Assembly (NCBI GenBank): GCA_026414805.1
Contig: JAOAIH010000001.1
Coordinates: 51,335-115,334, forward strand
DNA from: Spirochaetota bacterium
GTDB taxonomy: Bacteria > Spirochaetota > UBA4802 > UB4802
DNA: 64,000 nt
Direction: 5' to 3'
The position numbers were made by a program, and so were the translations under genes. Shown here in pieces: positions 21,502-31,050 of the stretch (its first letter is position 1; the number at the start of each line of letters is the position of its first letter). Under the pieces are notes generated by a model. The model searched no databases. It was not told where the DNA came from and saw nothing but the letters and a program-made list of their open reading frames with translations.

Positions 21502-23388
21502 ATGATACGATATTTTGACATTATAGTCATAGGTGCAGGACATGCTGGGGCCGAAGCAGCACTGGCATCTGCACGGCGGGGTTTTGCAACACTACTTTTG
21601 ACTGGCAATCTTGATACTATATGCCAGATGAGTTGTAATCCTGCTATAGGTGGGTTGGCAAAAGGGCATCTAGTGAAAGAGATTGATGCATTAGGTGGAC
21701 AAATGGGATTGACAATAGATGAAACGGGTATTCACTATAAGATGCTCAACAAAAGTAAAGGGCCAGCAGTGTGGGCACCACGTGCACAAGCCGATAAAAA
21801 GCAATATCAACTCAGGATGAAGGAAGTTATTGAAAAACAGAAGAATTTAACATTGATACAGGATATTGTGGACGAAATTATTGTTGAAGGTGATACGGTA
21901 AAAGGAGTTCAAACCATACGAGGACAGCAACATGTCGCACAAGCAGTTATAGTGTGTACAGGAACATTTTTAAAGGGACTTATCCATATTGGCAATTATA
22001 ATGAGAGAGCAGGGAGACTGGGTGATTTTTCATCTGAGAAGCTTTCGGATTCATTGCGCGCATTGGGCTTTCCAGTAAGACGGTTAAAAACAGGGACCCC
22101 TCCACGGGTTAATGGTAATTCAATAGATTTTAGTAAATGTGAAGTGCAACATCCTGACCCTGTTCCCACACCATTTTCGTACAGGACACAATCCATTAAT
22201 AGACCACAGGTGCCCTGTTATATTACCTATACAACTGACAAGACTCATACAATTATAATGAATAACCTGCATCTATCCCCATTGTATTCAGGCAAGATTA
22301 AAGGTATAGGGCCACGATATTGTCCATCAATTGAGGATAAGGTTGTCCGTTTTTCTTCACGAAATCGCCACCAACTGTTCCTAGAACCAGAGGGATTACA
22401 CACAAATGAATACTACATAAATGGATTTTCTAGCTCATTACCTGAGGATGTACAATTAGAAATGATTAAAACTATCCCTGGCTTAGAGGAAGTGCAAGTA
22501 ATGCGTCCTGCGTATGCTGTGGAATATGACTATGTGCCACCGGTAGAGTTATATCATACATTGGAAACCAAAAGGGTCAAAGGATTATATCATGCAGGGC
22601 AAATTAATGGGACATCAGGGTATGAGGAAGCAGCTGCACAGGGAATTATTGCTGCAATAAATGCAGGTAATAAGCTATTGGGATTGCCACCTCTGGTGCT
22701 TAAACGTTCTGAAGCATATATCGGAGTGCTCATTGATGATCTGGTTACCAAAGGTGCTGATGAACCTTACAGGATGTTCACATCCCGGGCCGAGTACAGG
22801 CTGTTACTAAGGCAGGATAACGCTGATGAACGGTTAATGAAGTATGGTTATCAGATAGGCCTAATTGATAAGGAACTATATGAAAGAACCGTTGAAAAGT
22901 ATAAAAGAATACAGGAACTTACCGCTAAAATAAATAGCATGACCATTGTAATTAATGAAAAAATGAAGGATATTCTCAGAGATAAGAATATAGAGATAGA
23001 AGAACAACACCAGATCCTAGCAGGAAAACTGTTAAAGCGCCCTGAAATAACCATGCATGATGTCATGTCTTTTATTGTTGAAAGCGATAGTACCCTTATA
23101 ATGAATGAGCAGGAAGCTAAGATTGTTGAGATGAATATCAAGTATGAAGGATATATCAGGAAAGATATGGAACGAGTAAAAAAGTTGGAGCAGATGGAAA
23201 ACAAAAAGATTCCAGAAACTATTGATTACGATAGTATCATTGGGCTTAAAAATGAAGCACGCGAAAAACTGAAAAAAATAAAGCCTCAAACAATAGGGCA
23301 AGCGTTGCGCATTTCAGGAGTTGATCCTTCAGATATATCGATAGTCTTAGTACATATAGAATCGTTAAGCAGAAAAAAAAGTAATTAA
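21502..23388 (+). CDS. mnmG: tRNA uridine-5-carboxymethylaminomethyl modification enzyme MnmG (GidA)
   Basis: 628 aa. FAD-binding [15 protein letters not shown] at the N-terminus, GidA-like throughout. Confidence 0.95.
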   Translation: MIRYFDIIVIGAGHAGAEAALASARRGFATLLLTGNLDTICQMSCNPAIGGLAKGHLVKEIDALGGQMGLTIDETGIHYKMLNKSKGPAVWAPRAQADKKQYQLRMKEVIEKQKNLTLIQDIVDEIIVEGDTVKGVQTIRGQQHVAQAVIVCTGTFLKGLIHIGNYNERAGRLGDFSSEKLSDSLRALGFPVRRLKTGTPPRVNGNSIDFSKCEVQHPDPVPTPFSYRTQSINRPQVPCYITYTTDKTHTIIMNNLHLSPLYSGKIKGIGPRYCPSIEDKVVRFSSRNRHQLFLEPEGLHTNEYYINGFSSSLPEDVQLEMIKTIPGLEEVQVMRPAYAVEYDYVPPVELYHTLETKRVKGLYHAGQINGTSGYEEAAAQGIIAAINAGNKLLGLPPLVLKRSEAYIGVLIDDLVTKGADEPYRMFTSRAEYRLLLRQDNADERLMKYGYQIGLIDKELYERTVEKYKRIQELTAKINSMTIVINEKMKDILRDKNIEIEEQHQILAGKLLKRPEITMHDVMSFIVESDSTLIMNEQEAKIVEMNIKYEGYIRKDMERVKKLEQMENKKIPETIDYDSIIGLKNEAREKLKKIKPQTIGQALRISGVDPSDISIVLVHIESLSRKKSN

Positions 23389-23424
23389 ATAAACTGAAAT
23401 TAGTTAAATATTTTACAAAAAATG

Positions 23425-23442
23425 ATGTTCCACGTGGAACAT
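23425..23442. promoter_or_regulatory. parS-like 18-bp perfect palindrome (ParB-binding centromere-like site), copy 1, intergenic
   Basis: ATGTTCCACGTGGAACAT. The core TGTTCCACGTGGAACA differs from the Bacillus-type parS consensus TGTTNCACGTGAAACA only at the symmetric A/G positions. Confidence 0.5.
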
Positions 23443-23546
23443 TATGTCGCATTATCATATTCAATTATACACTATACCAACTAAATTATTGAATATAATT
23501 ATTTTATTTATGCTTGAAGATATGGAAATTTTCAAATAATATCGTT

Positions 23547-23555
23547 TGGTATAAT
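23547..23555 (+). promoter_or_regulatory. candidate extended -10 promoter (TGGTATAAT) inside the long gidA-gidB intergenic region
   Basis: Exact TGnTATAAT motif ~270 nt upstream of the rsmG start. No good -35, which an extended -10 does not require. Confidence 0.25.
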
Positions 23556-23823
23556 ATTATCTTCATGAATGGACTGGCTTGATTAGTGGCTATAAATATT
23601 GGCGATTAAAATATATAAGTGATCCTTATAGCTTGATAATGAAAGTATTAAAGTGTGCAATTTAGTAAGGATTTATATACTGCATTCTGAAAGAATGTAA
23701 TAGATGAGTAAATATATTTATAAATTACATTAAAACAACATCTTATTGTTGCAATTTATTTGTGATGTGAATATGATCATTACTTTATTACAAATTAAGA
23801 TATAATTTATTTAATTTAAATAT

Positions 23824-24636
23824 ATGAAAGGTACCGTTATGCTGGCATTATCAGTAGAAATAGAAGAAAAACTAAAAAACTTTGCCTATTTGATATTTGA
23901 ATATAATAAAATAATAAATATTACCGGGTTAAAAGATGTCGATTCAATTTATAATCAGCTTATTGTTGAAAGTATTTTGCCACTTAAAAATATCAATGTT
24001 CCACGTGGAACATCCTTTATTGACATAGGCACAGGAGCGGGAATTCCAGGCATTCCATTGTTATTATATTTTGGCACGAACATCAATGGTGTATTGGTTG
24101 ATTCAAATAATAAAAAGATTAAATTTATTGAGAAAGCAATAGGTGTTCTTGGTCTTGCCCACAGTACTATGGTTATACAGGGCAGAGTAGAGGAAATGGC
24201 ACATGAAAATCAATATAGGGACAAGTTTGATTTTGCAGTAGCCAGGGCTTTTGCGCATCCGTATATGGCACTTGAATATGGATTGCCCTTTGTCAAAATA
24301 GCAGGTTGGTTGTATATATATTACGCTTCAAAGTTATATTCTACAAATTATAAAGAAAATGCAATAATAAGCAAAAACAATAGCAGAATGACGAATAATA
24401 TTAATACATTGCACGATCATAAAGTAGCTAATTTATCACAAAGAAATGTAAAAGCACTTGTAGAGTATTTGGAAAAGCATTCCCATGCTCTATGTGGACA
24501 TGTGGCAACTTTTGAAGAAGCTATGAATAAGGGCATTGATGAAGGTTTTCTTTTTATCAAGGATGGGCCAACACCGTTACAATATCCAAGAAAGTATGCT
24601 ATAGTCAAAAGGGAGGTTGATAAGATAAGAGGGTAA
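23824..24636 (+). CDS. rsmG: 16S rRNA (guanine527-N7)-methyltransferase RsmG (GidB), with a ~50-aa internal insertion
   Basis: SAM-binding motif IDIGTGAGIPGIPL, a C-terminal YPRKYAIVK tail typical of RsmG, and the conserved position after gidA. 270 aa against the usual ~210-240. Confidence 0.8.
   Translation: MKGTVMLALSVEIEEKLKNFAYLIFEYNKIINITGLKDVDSIYNQLIVESILPLKNINVPRGTSFIDIGTGAGIPGIPLLLYFGTNINGVLVDSNNKKIKFIEKAIGVLGLAHSTMVIQGRVEEMAHENQYRDKFDFAVARAFAHPYMALEYGLPFVKIAGWLYIYYASKLYSTNYKENAIISKNNSRMTNNINTLHDHKVANLSQRNVKALVEYLEKHSHALCGHVATFEEAMNKGIDEGFLFIKDGPTPLQYPRKYAIVKREVDKIRG
23997..24014. promoter_or_regulatory. parS-like 18-bp perfect palindrome, copy 2, inside rsmG coding sequence
   Basis: Identical ATGTTCCACGTGGAACAT, 572 bp from copy 1. 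It encodes NVPRGTSF in rsmG. Confidence 0.5.
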
Positions 24637-24644
24637 ATGAATGT

Positions 24645-25205
24645 ATGAAGAAGATAAAACGTCTATCAATGTATATTATTTGGTATGTACTTGCTCTGTA
24701 TTTGAGTGCGGTGTATGCAGAAAACCAGAGTAGCCTGCATAGTATAGTACTAAAAGATGAAACATTGATTGTACCTGGCACAGGTGCTTCAGGCATAGTA
24801 ATCGGTATGCCTGAACGTGAGGTCGTATTGATAAAGGGCAAGCCTTTTGAAAAAACAAAAAGTGTTGTCCATGAATTTTTTAAAGATGTATTAAAAATAA
24901 ATTCTCCATCACAGCTTCACTTTAATTATCTATATATATACAAGAGCCCATCAGCATTTATTGGAATATATAAAGAAAAAGTATCATTTATTGTAGTATG
25001 GAATTCCACTGGCATATTGATTGAAGGAATACCACTATCTAAGGGTTTACAGGCAATAGTATATCATTATGGGAATGAGGGCATGTTGAGTATTTCTGGG
25101 GCAGATGGGAAGATATGCATATATTCTTCAAAAGGAATAGCCTTTATTGATGATAAGAATGATAATAGCATTGATGGCATTATAATTTTTAAAGGTAATA
25201 TGTAA
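24645..25205 (+). CDS. secreted hypothetical protein
   Basis: Signal peptide (MKKIKRLSMYIIWYVLALYLSAVYA); no other motif. Confidence 0.45.
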   Translation: MKKIKRLSMYIIWYVLALYLSAVYAENQSSLHSIVLKDETLIVPGTGASGIVIGMPEREVVLIKGKPFEKTKSVVHEFFKDVLKINSPSQLHFNYLYIYKSPSAFIGIYKEKVSFIVVWNSTGILIEGIPLSKGLQAIVYHYGNEGMLSISGADGKICIYSSKGIAFIDDKNDNSIDGIIIFKGNM

Positions 25206-25214
25206 TTACTTTAT

Positions 25215-26987
25215 TTATGCAATTGAATTGAAATGTTCCATTGTATCGTTAATATGATGAGCAACAATATCACTGATATGGTATTCATGATAAATAATAT
25301 CATCAATTGAGTCCATTAATAGTTTCCTTTTATGCTCATTTGTTTCTTCCCTTAGTGTTAGGGATAAATTTTTTAACATGTTTTTATTAGATGAATTAAT
25401 TATTTTTATAGGTAATTTTTCAAGATTCCCGCGTAACACTTTTACAGTAAAAAATTGAGTATCATAGATATATTGAAGAAGGCGTGAGTTTAAGATTGCA
25501 GTAAGAATATCCGGATCCAAATCTGGGCTAAGAGGGATAAATCCATTAACATTATTCAAAGTATAAAATCCATGAGGGTCTACAGCAAACGTAAGATGCT
25601 TGCCAATAAATTTGTATACTATTTTATTGGGAGTTAGGTAACAACTCTTTTCGGCAACCTGTTGTAATGTAGCCACATTGTACTTGAAATAATGACCACT
25701 AAAAGTAATTCGAAATTTTTCGACATCTTTGCCTACAATTATTGGGTCTGGATGCAAACTATCTCTGGTATTGCTTATGTGGTGTTCATTGTTTCCAGTA
25801 ACAATTCCAAGAAAAAATTTTACTCTGTCTTTTAGTGTAATGTATGAAAGGGACTGAATATGTTCTAATAAGGCAACAGCTTTTCGTGAATAATTAATTG
25901 AAAATATATTTTGATATGATTCACTATACATATGTTGTGGTATTAGGTGAGCGGTATTTTTAGCAAGATTTATTAAAGATTTCCCGTGTTTTATATGTAC
26001 AATATTTTTCTTACGAACATCTTTGCACGGCTCTTTTTGAATTGTTAATGATATCGCCGGTGCATATACTCCTTTAAAACAATCTCCCCATTGTACTATT
26101 TCCTTAATCACCGAAAGCGATAGTACTAGTTCTCTTGATTTCTGATGCGCTTTGATATTGAGATATGCTTCTGGAATAAGAAATGATAATATCCCATGAT
26201 TTCGTAATAAAGACAATGACTTTTCAATAAATAGTGTAAAACTGTTAATACCACTTAAAGCTGAAATATAATGCTGTTTGAAATATTGTTTTTGCTCTTT
26301 AGTAAAATATGCACCCCATGGTGGATTACCAATAATAACATCAAATAGCATAGAATTGTATTGTCTATTAAAAAGATCGCCGGATGTAAGGGTGTCTTTA
26401 TGAAATATGTTAGTTTTTCTTCCTGATATCTTTTGTATATTCCACTGAGCAATCATACAGGCTATAGGGTCTATATCATAACCATACAGATTGGTATGAC
26501 AAATAATATTGGTAGATTCATTTTCAGGTATGCCAAGGTGTTTGTATAATGTTAATAAATATTGAAAGATATATATTAAAAACTGGCCTGAACCACATGC
26601 AGGATCTAAAATCCTCATAGTATATGGATTATCATAGTGCTGAAGTGCATTGTGTACCATATACTGAACAATTGCAGGTGGTGTAAAATACTGTCCTCTC
26701 TTTTTTTTGTCATCTGTATCTTTTAGCTGTTGATAAATATAGCCAGCAATATCGCCATATTGTATTATGTCCCATTTTTGGATTACCTTTAAAAGATCAT
26801 TGCATGCTAATTTTCCTTGTTCAGATAATGGTAATGGAATTTCTCTATTAAAAAGTAAATATTCAAGTATTGTTTGAATGAAATTGGATGACTCTTGGTT
26901 TGCAATAATATCTTTTTTTAGTTGCCCTATGCAGTAATCGATATAATGAATGTTATGAGTAATATAAGAATCAAATTTGTTTTTCAT
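25215..26987 (-). CDS. N6-adenine DNA methyltransferase (gamma-class, Eco57I/TaqI-like) with C-terminal target-recognition region; no adjacent restriction endonuclease
   Basis: Motif I LDPACGSGQFLI, motif IV NPPW (IIGNPPWGAYF), preceded by QYFTPPAIV. 590 aa. Confidence 0.75.
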   Translation of the reverse strand: MKNKFDSYITHNIHYIDYCIGQLKKDIIANQESSNFIQTILEYLLFNREIPLPLSEQGKLACNDLLKVIQKWDIIQYGDIAGYIYQQLKDTDDKKKRGQYFTPPAIVQYMVHNALQHYDNPYTMRILDPACGSGQFLIYIFQYLLTLYKHLGIPENESTNIICHTNLYGYDIDPIACMIAQWNIQKISGRKTNIFHKDTLTSGDLFNRQYNSMLFDVIIGNPPWGAYFTKEQKQYFKQHYISALSGINSFTLFIEKSLSLLRNHGILSFLIPEAYLNIKAHQKSRELVLSLSVIKEIVQWGDCFKGVYAPAISLTIQKEPCKDVRKKNIVHIKHGKSLINLAKNTAHLIPQHMYSESYQNIFSINYSRKAVALLEHIQSLSYITLKDRVKFFLGIVTGNNEHHISNTRDSLHPDPIIVGKDVEKFRITFSGHYFKYNVATLQQVAEKSCYLTPNKIVYKFIGKHLTFAVDPHGFYTLNNVNGFIPLSPDLDPDILTAILNSRLLQYIYDTQFFTVKVLRGNLEKLPIKIINSSNKNMLKNLSLTLREETNEHKRKLLMDSIDDIIYHEYHISDIVAHHINDTMEHFNSIA

Positions 26988-26992
26988 GGTTA

Positions 26993-27045
26993 CTATCGGT
27001 TATCAAGAATGTAAATACGATGTGTCCATATTTACATATCGATAG
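26993..27045. promoter_or_regulatory. nested inverted-repeat operator-like element in the divergent methyltransferase/hypA promoter region
   Basis: CTATCG(26993-98)...ATGTAAATA(27009-17)-11 nt-TATTTACAT(27029-37)...CGATAG(27040-45): an outer 6-bp arm and an inner 9-bp arm. Confidence 0.3.
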
Positions 27046-27080
27046 TTTCCAGAAAAACGATTAGCATTTGTGAGGAAACA

Positions 27081-27431
27081 ATGCATGAATTATCAATTAT
27101 GTCTAATGTTCTTGATATCGTAATACAGCATGCATCACGAAATGGTGCAACGAAGGTAACAAAAATTCATCTTCTGGTAGGGGAACTATCTGATTATATT
27201 CCAGAGTGGATGCAAACATATTTTGATTTTGTCAGTAAAGATACTATTGCAGAAAAAGCAGAACTTGTTGTTGAAACGGTGAAGGCATCGCTTGCATGTG
27301 ATGATTGTGGGAATACATTCAATTTCAATAAAAATGATTGGCAATTCAGTTGCCCACAATGTTCTTCACCAAATGTGACCATTATTTCAGGGAGGGAACT
27401 TACAGTAAAAAGCATAGAAATAGAGGGATAA
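27081..27431 (+). CDS. hypA: hydrogenase nickel-incorporation protein HypA
   Basis: N-terminal MHE Ni-binding motif. Zn finger CDDCGN...CPQCSS. 116 aa, with the typical HypA layout. Confidence 0.8.
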   Translation: MHELSIMSNVLDIVIQHASRNGATKVTKIHLLVGELSDYIPEWMQTYFDFVSKDTIAEKAELVVETVKASLACDDCGNTFNFNKNDWQFSCPQCSSPNVTIISGRELTVKSIEIEG

Positions 27432-27432
27432 T

Positions 27433-27921
27433 ATGATTACTATAGCAATAGTTGTTGTAAGTGATAGGTCGTACAATAAAGAGCGTGAGGATCTTTCAGG
27501 GAAGGCTATTGAGAAGTGGGCACATAGCAGAGGGTATGATGTTGTAGAATATATCATTGTGCCAGATGAGCGCGAGATGATCGCACGCACCTTGCGAGAC
27601 CTGTGTGCAAAAAATATTAATTGTATTCTCACTACAGGAGGAACAGGATTTGCTCATCGAGACGTTACACCTGAGGCAACTTCAGATGTTATTGAACGAT
27701 ATGCTCCAGGCTTTACTGAAGCAATGCGACAGGAATCACTTAAAATCACAAAACATGCAATGTTGTCACGGGCAATTGCAGGGATTAGAGGCTCATCAAT
27801 TATTATTAATTTACCGGGTAGTCCAAAAGCTGTTGTAGAAAATCTTGAAGTTATCCAGGATGCGCTGCCTCATGCTGTGAAACTTTTGCAGGGGCAGGTT
27901 AAAGATTGCGCTCATGAATAA
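27433..27921 (+). CDS. mogA: molybdopterin adenylyltransferase MogA/MoaB family
   Basis: IAIVVVSDRS...ILTTGGTGFAHRDVTPEAT matches the MogA/MoaB GGTG motif region; 162 aa. Confidence 0.8.
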   Translation: MITIAIVVVSDRSYNKEREDLSGKAIEKWAHSRGYDVVEYIIVPDEREMIARTLRDLCAKNINCILTTGGTGFAHRDVTPEATSDVIERYAPGFTEAMRQESLKITKHAMLSRAIAGIRGSSIIINLPGSPKAVVENLEVIQDALPHAVKLLQGQVKDCAHE

Positions 27922-28090
27922 AATTTGATTGCATTCACAATTAGGTCATACCGATAGTATAAACAGAGTAGTAAATTTCAAGTCATAAAAATTGTAAATA
28001 TCTCATAAATTTTTTTAAAACAAGTAGTAGTACTGAAATAAAGATTAAATGAAAGTATTTGTTATTAAATGATGAAATAACGAAAAAACA

Positions 28091-29536
28091 ATGAATACAA
28101 AACAAAAGGATATTTTAGCTATTTTTTGTTTGTTTTTAATTTTGCCTGTTATTGTGACTGCAAAGCCAATTATTACGATTGATAGCATCGATGTAACTTC
28201 ATTTCCAGCGATTAATATAAAAGGTATTATCAACAAACCAGAAAGCACTGATATTGGTGCAGTAACAAAAGAACATTTTACAGTTCTAGAGGATGGCACA
28301 AAAGTTAAGAATTTTGAATTAAAAACTTCTATAGCAGATAGTTATATTGCTGTTTGTGTAGATTCAAGTAAAAGTATATCCAAGAAAAATTTTTTAAAAC
28401 TTAAAAAAATAGCATTGAACGTAATCAGTAAAAGCCCTGAACACTATAAGTTTATTCTGTATAAATTTAATGATGAGGTTGTAAAATTAGGTTCTTTTTT
28501 AGAAAATAGATACTATTATCATGAAACTATTGAAACAATACAGCAGCATGGTAAGCGCACAAAATTGTTCAACTGCTTGTTTACAGCTACAGAGGAACTA
28601 GCGCGTTATGAGGGGAAAAGATCCATTATACTGCTGACCGATGGGAGGGATGAAGGCAGTTTTATGTTACCAGATGACATTATCAGCAATGCCCGTGAAC
28701 ATTCTATCCCTATATATACAATTGTACCAGAGCGCTGTTCAAAGGCTGCGGTTGTTAGCCGGTTAAGCAAAATTACAAAAGGGAAGCTTCTTGTTGCTGA
28801 TGCAGGGATAGAACATACTGTACTTAATTTGCTTCAGGGAGGAAAGTCATCCGTTATCCCATTTGAGATTATTTTCACATCCAAAAAACATGATAGTGCA
28901 ATACATTCCATTGAAGTACAATTCAAATATAAAACTATTCAGGATAATGATACTGTACACGTAAAGTACGCAATAGCACGTAATACCTATTCACTTACTG
29001 ATGAGCTTCCCTTTGTGGTACTTGCTGGGATTGTAGTGCTATTGATCATGGCGCTTGTTATAGTTATATTGATATTTATAAATAAATGGAGAGAGATAGT
29101 TGAGCTCATCACCATGCATAGGATACCAAAACCAATTCAGCGTTATTATTCCGTACTGTATGAAAAAGATGAAATGACAAAAAAAGAAGCAGATACATTA
29201 CTTTTGGCAACATCTCCTGAATACAGTTATACAAATGCTTGGCTTGTTGAAAAAAGTGGCCCTGAAACAGGGAAAAAATTTCCTCTAATATGGGATGAAG
29301 TAACAATTGGGCGCGATAAGGAGAATACTATAGTAATTAATGATGATGCAGTATCCCTGAAACATGCAAAAATAAAAAAAATTGGAAATACATATTATCT
29401 TTTTGACTGTGCAAGCGATAATGGTACCTTTTTGAATAACAAGAAGTTATTGCGTCCCAAACCTCTCTCAGACTGGGATGAAATACAGATAGGAAGAACA
29501 ACGATATTGTTCCGTGGAACAAAGATAAAACATTAA
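28091..29536 (+). CDS. signal-peptide vWA domain - transmembrane helix - cytoplasmic FHA domain protein
   Basis: vWA-like region (VCVDSSKSIS, ILLTDGRDEGS). A single TM (LPFVVLAGIVVLLIMALVIVILIF). C-terminal FHA-like region (VTIGRDKENTIVINDDAVSLKHAKI...YYLFDCASDNGTFLNNKKL). Confidence 0.7.
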   Translation: MNTKQKDILAIFCLFLILPVIVTAKPIITIDSIDVTSFPAINIKGIINKPESTDIGAVTKEHFTVLEDGTKVKNFELKTSIADSYIAVCVDSSKSISKKNFLKLKKIALNVISKSPEHYKFILYKFNDEVVKLGSFLENRYYYHETIETIQQHGKRTKLFNCLFTATEELARYEGKRSIILLTDGRDEGSFMLPDDIISNAREHSIPIYTIVPERCSKAAVVSRLSKITKGKLLVADAGIEHTVLNLLQGGKSSVIPFEIIFTSKKHDSAIHSIEVQFKYKTIQDNDTVHVKYAIARNTYSLTDELPFVVLAGIVVLLIMALVIVILIFINKWREIVELITMHRIPKPIQRYYSVLYEKDEMTKKEADTLLLATSPEYSYTNAWLVEKSGPETGKKFPLIWDEVTIGRDKENTIVINDDAVSLKHAKIKKIGNTYYLFDCASDNGTFLNNKKLLRPKPLSDWDEIQIGRTTILFRGTKIKH

Positions 29537-29540
29537 GTAT

Positions 29541-31046
29541 ATGTCCCTAAAAGTACTTCTGGTATCACCTCCGGTATTTGATTTTTATTATAGCTTTCAC
29601 CGTTCTGAACCCCTTGGGCTTTTGTATATTAGGGAAGCTTTGTTGAGGTATGATTGGCTTACGGTAGATATGTTTGATGCACGGTGTAACAGCACCACAA
29701 AAATGATACCTACCCCACACATATTTGATTATCTGAAACATATCTATGTTAAGGATACTTCATGGTTTAGTCTTCTTTATGGCTTTAAACGATATGGTTA
29801 TTCATTTGAAACAATATCAAAATTTGTTAAGGAACATGCGTATGATGTAGTATGCATTTCTTCTCTTTTCTCGGCATATCACCATGATGTTGAGTTACTG
29901 GTTAAAAAAATTAAAGAAGAAACCGGGGCGATAGTTATTGTGGGAGGATGGGCTGTATGGGCAGAAAAAACGGTAATTGAAAATGGCAGTGCTGATTTTT
30001 ATATAAGTGGAGATGGAGATGTGATACTGCCTGAGATACTGCGTGAGATAGATAGCAATAATACATCTAGGTTGCCTAAACTGATTACTACTAAGAATTC
30101 AGAATATAACGAATTCTTTGTAAATAGCTTCCCCTCTCGTAGGCACTGGTATACCTACTATGGTGCACGAATAGCAAATATCATCTGTAGCAAAGGGTGT
30201 GTGTATCGTTGTGATTTTTGTTCAATACATTGTCGGTATCGTTACTATCAGCGGAATTTTGAATCAATAGAAAAAGAATTAGAATATCTGTATGCACACG
30301 GAGTGAAAATAGTCAATTTTGAGGATGACAATTTTTTATTCCACAAAGGATTTGCATTACAGTTGCTATCGCTTTTGAAATATTACCATAAAAAAGGAAT
30401 GCATTTTTTATGTATGAATGGCGTAACCGCTTTCAATCTTCATTCAGTTTTGGATGATGCTCTTAATGCTGGATTTTTAGAATTTAACCTTTCCCTGGTT
30501 TCTTCGCAAAATACAGTAGTTGCTCAACATCACAGGCCTGATGTAAAAGAAATAATCAAAACTATTGCAAAACATTCTGCGGGGAAAGTAAAAGTGGTTG
30601 TGTATCTCATAGCGGGGCTACCGGGTTCTACTGTTGAAACCTGTGTTGAGGATATCCTTTTTTTAGCAAAGCTACCTGTTTTAATAGGATTTTCGCCTTT
30701 ATATATGCTTCCCGGGCTTGAATTATTTGATGCTATTGGTTTACCCAAAGACCGAAGATTATGCAGAGGCAGTGCCCTGTATTATTTTGGAGATAATTTT
30801 AGTCGTGAGGATATTGCGGCATTGTGGAAACTATGCCGTTTTATAAATAGGGTGAAGAATCCAGCAACAATTGATGCAGGTGAGATGAAAGAGCATAGTG
30901 ATTTTTATAAAAAATCCTGTAGAGAAAAGGTATGGTATTTTCGAGATAGCCAAGGTATGTGGCATGAAGGCTTTCAATTTAATGTAACCTTACCCCAAAG
31001 TTTTAAGGTATATGATATACAGGGTAATGAAATGCTTATTTTATAA
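29541..31046 (+). CDS. B12-binding-domain radical SAM protein
   Basis: N-terminal B12-binding-like fold (VLLVSPPV...PLGLLYIREAL). Radical SAM cluster motif CVYRCDFC (CxxxCxxC). Its start is 4 nt after the vWA-FHA stop. Confidence 0.75.
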   Translation: MSLKVLLVSPPVFDFYYSFHRSEPLGLLYIREALLRYDWLTVDMFDARCNSTTKMIPTPHIFDYLKHIYVKDTSWFSLLYGFKRYGYSFETISKFVKEHAYDVVCISSLFSAYHHDVELLVKKIKEETGAIVIVGGWAVWAEKTVIENGSADFYISGDGDVILPEILREIDSNNTSRLPKLITTKNSEYNEFFVNSFPSRRHWYTYYGARIANIICSKGCVYRCDFCSIHCRYRYYQRNFESIEKELEYLYAHGVKIVNFEDDNFLFHKGFALQLLSLLKYYHKKGMHFLCMNGVTAFNLHSVLDDALNAGFLEFNLSLVSSQNTVVAQHHRPDVKEIIKTIAKHSAGKVKVVVYLIAGLPGSTVETCVEDILFLAKLPVLIGFSPLYMLPGLELFDAIGLPKDRRLCRGSALYYFGDNFSREDIAALWKLCRFINRVKNPATIDAGEMKEHSDFYKKSCREKVWYFRDSQGMWHEGFQFNVTLPQSFKVYDIQGNEMLIL

Positions 31047-31050
31047 AATT

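Noticed and set aside
23246-23464. 72-aa minus-strand ORF containing NVPRGTSF, the same peptide as in RsmG
   Set aside because: The shared peptide arises only because the 18-bp palindrome reads the same on both strands. The ORF overlaps the gidA 3' end and has no other support.
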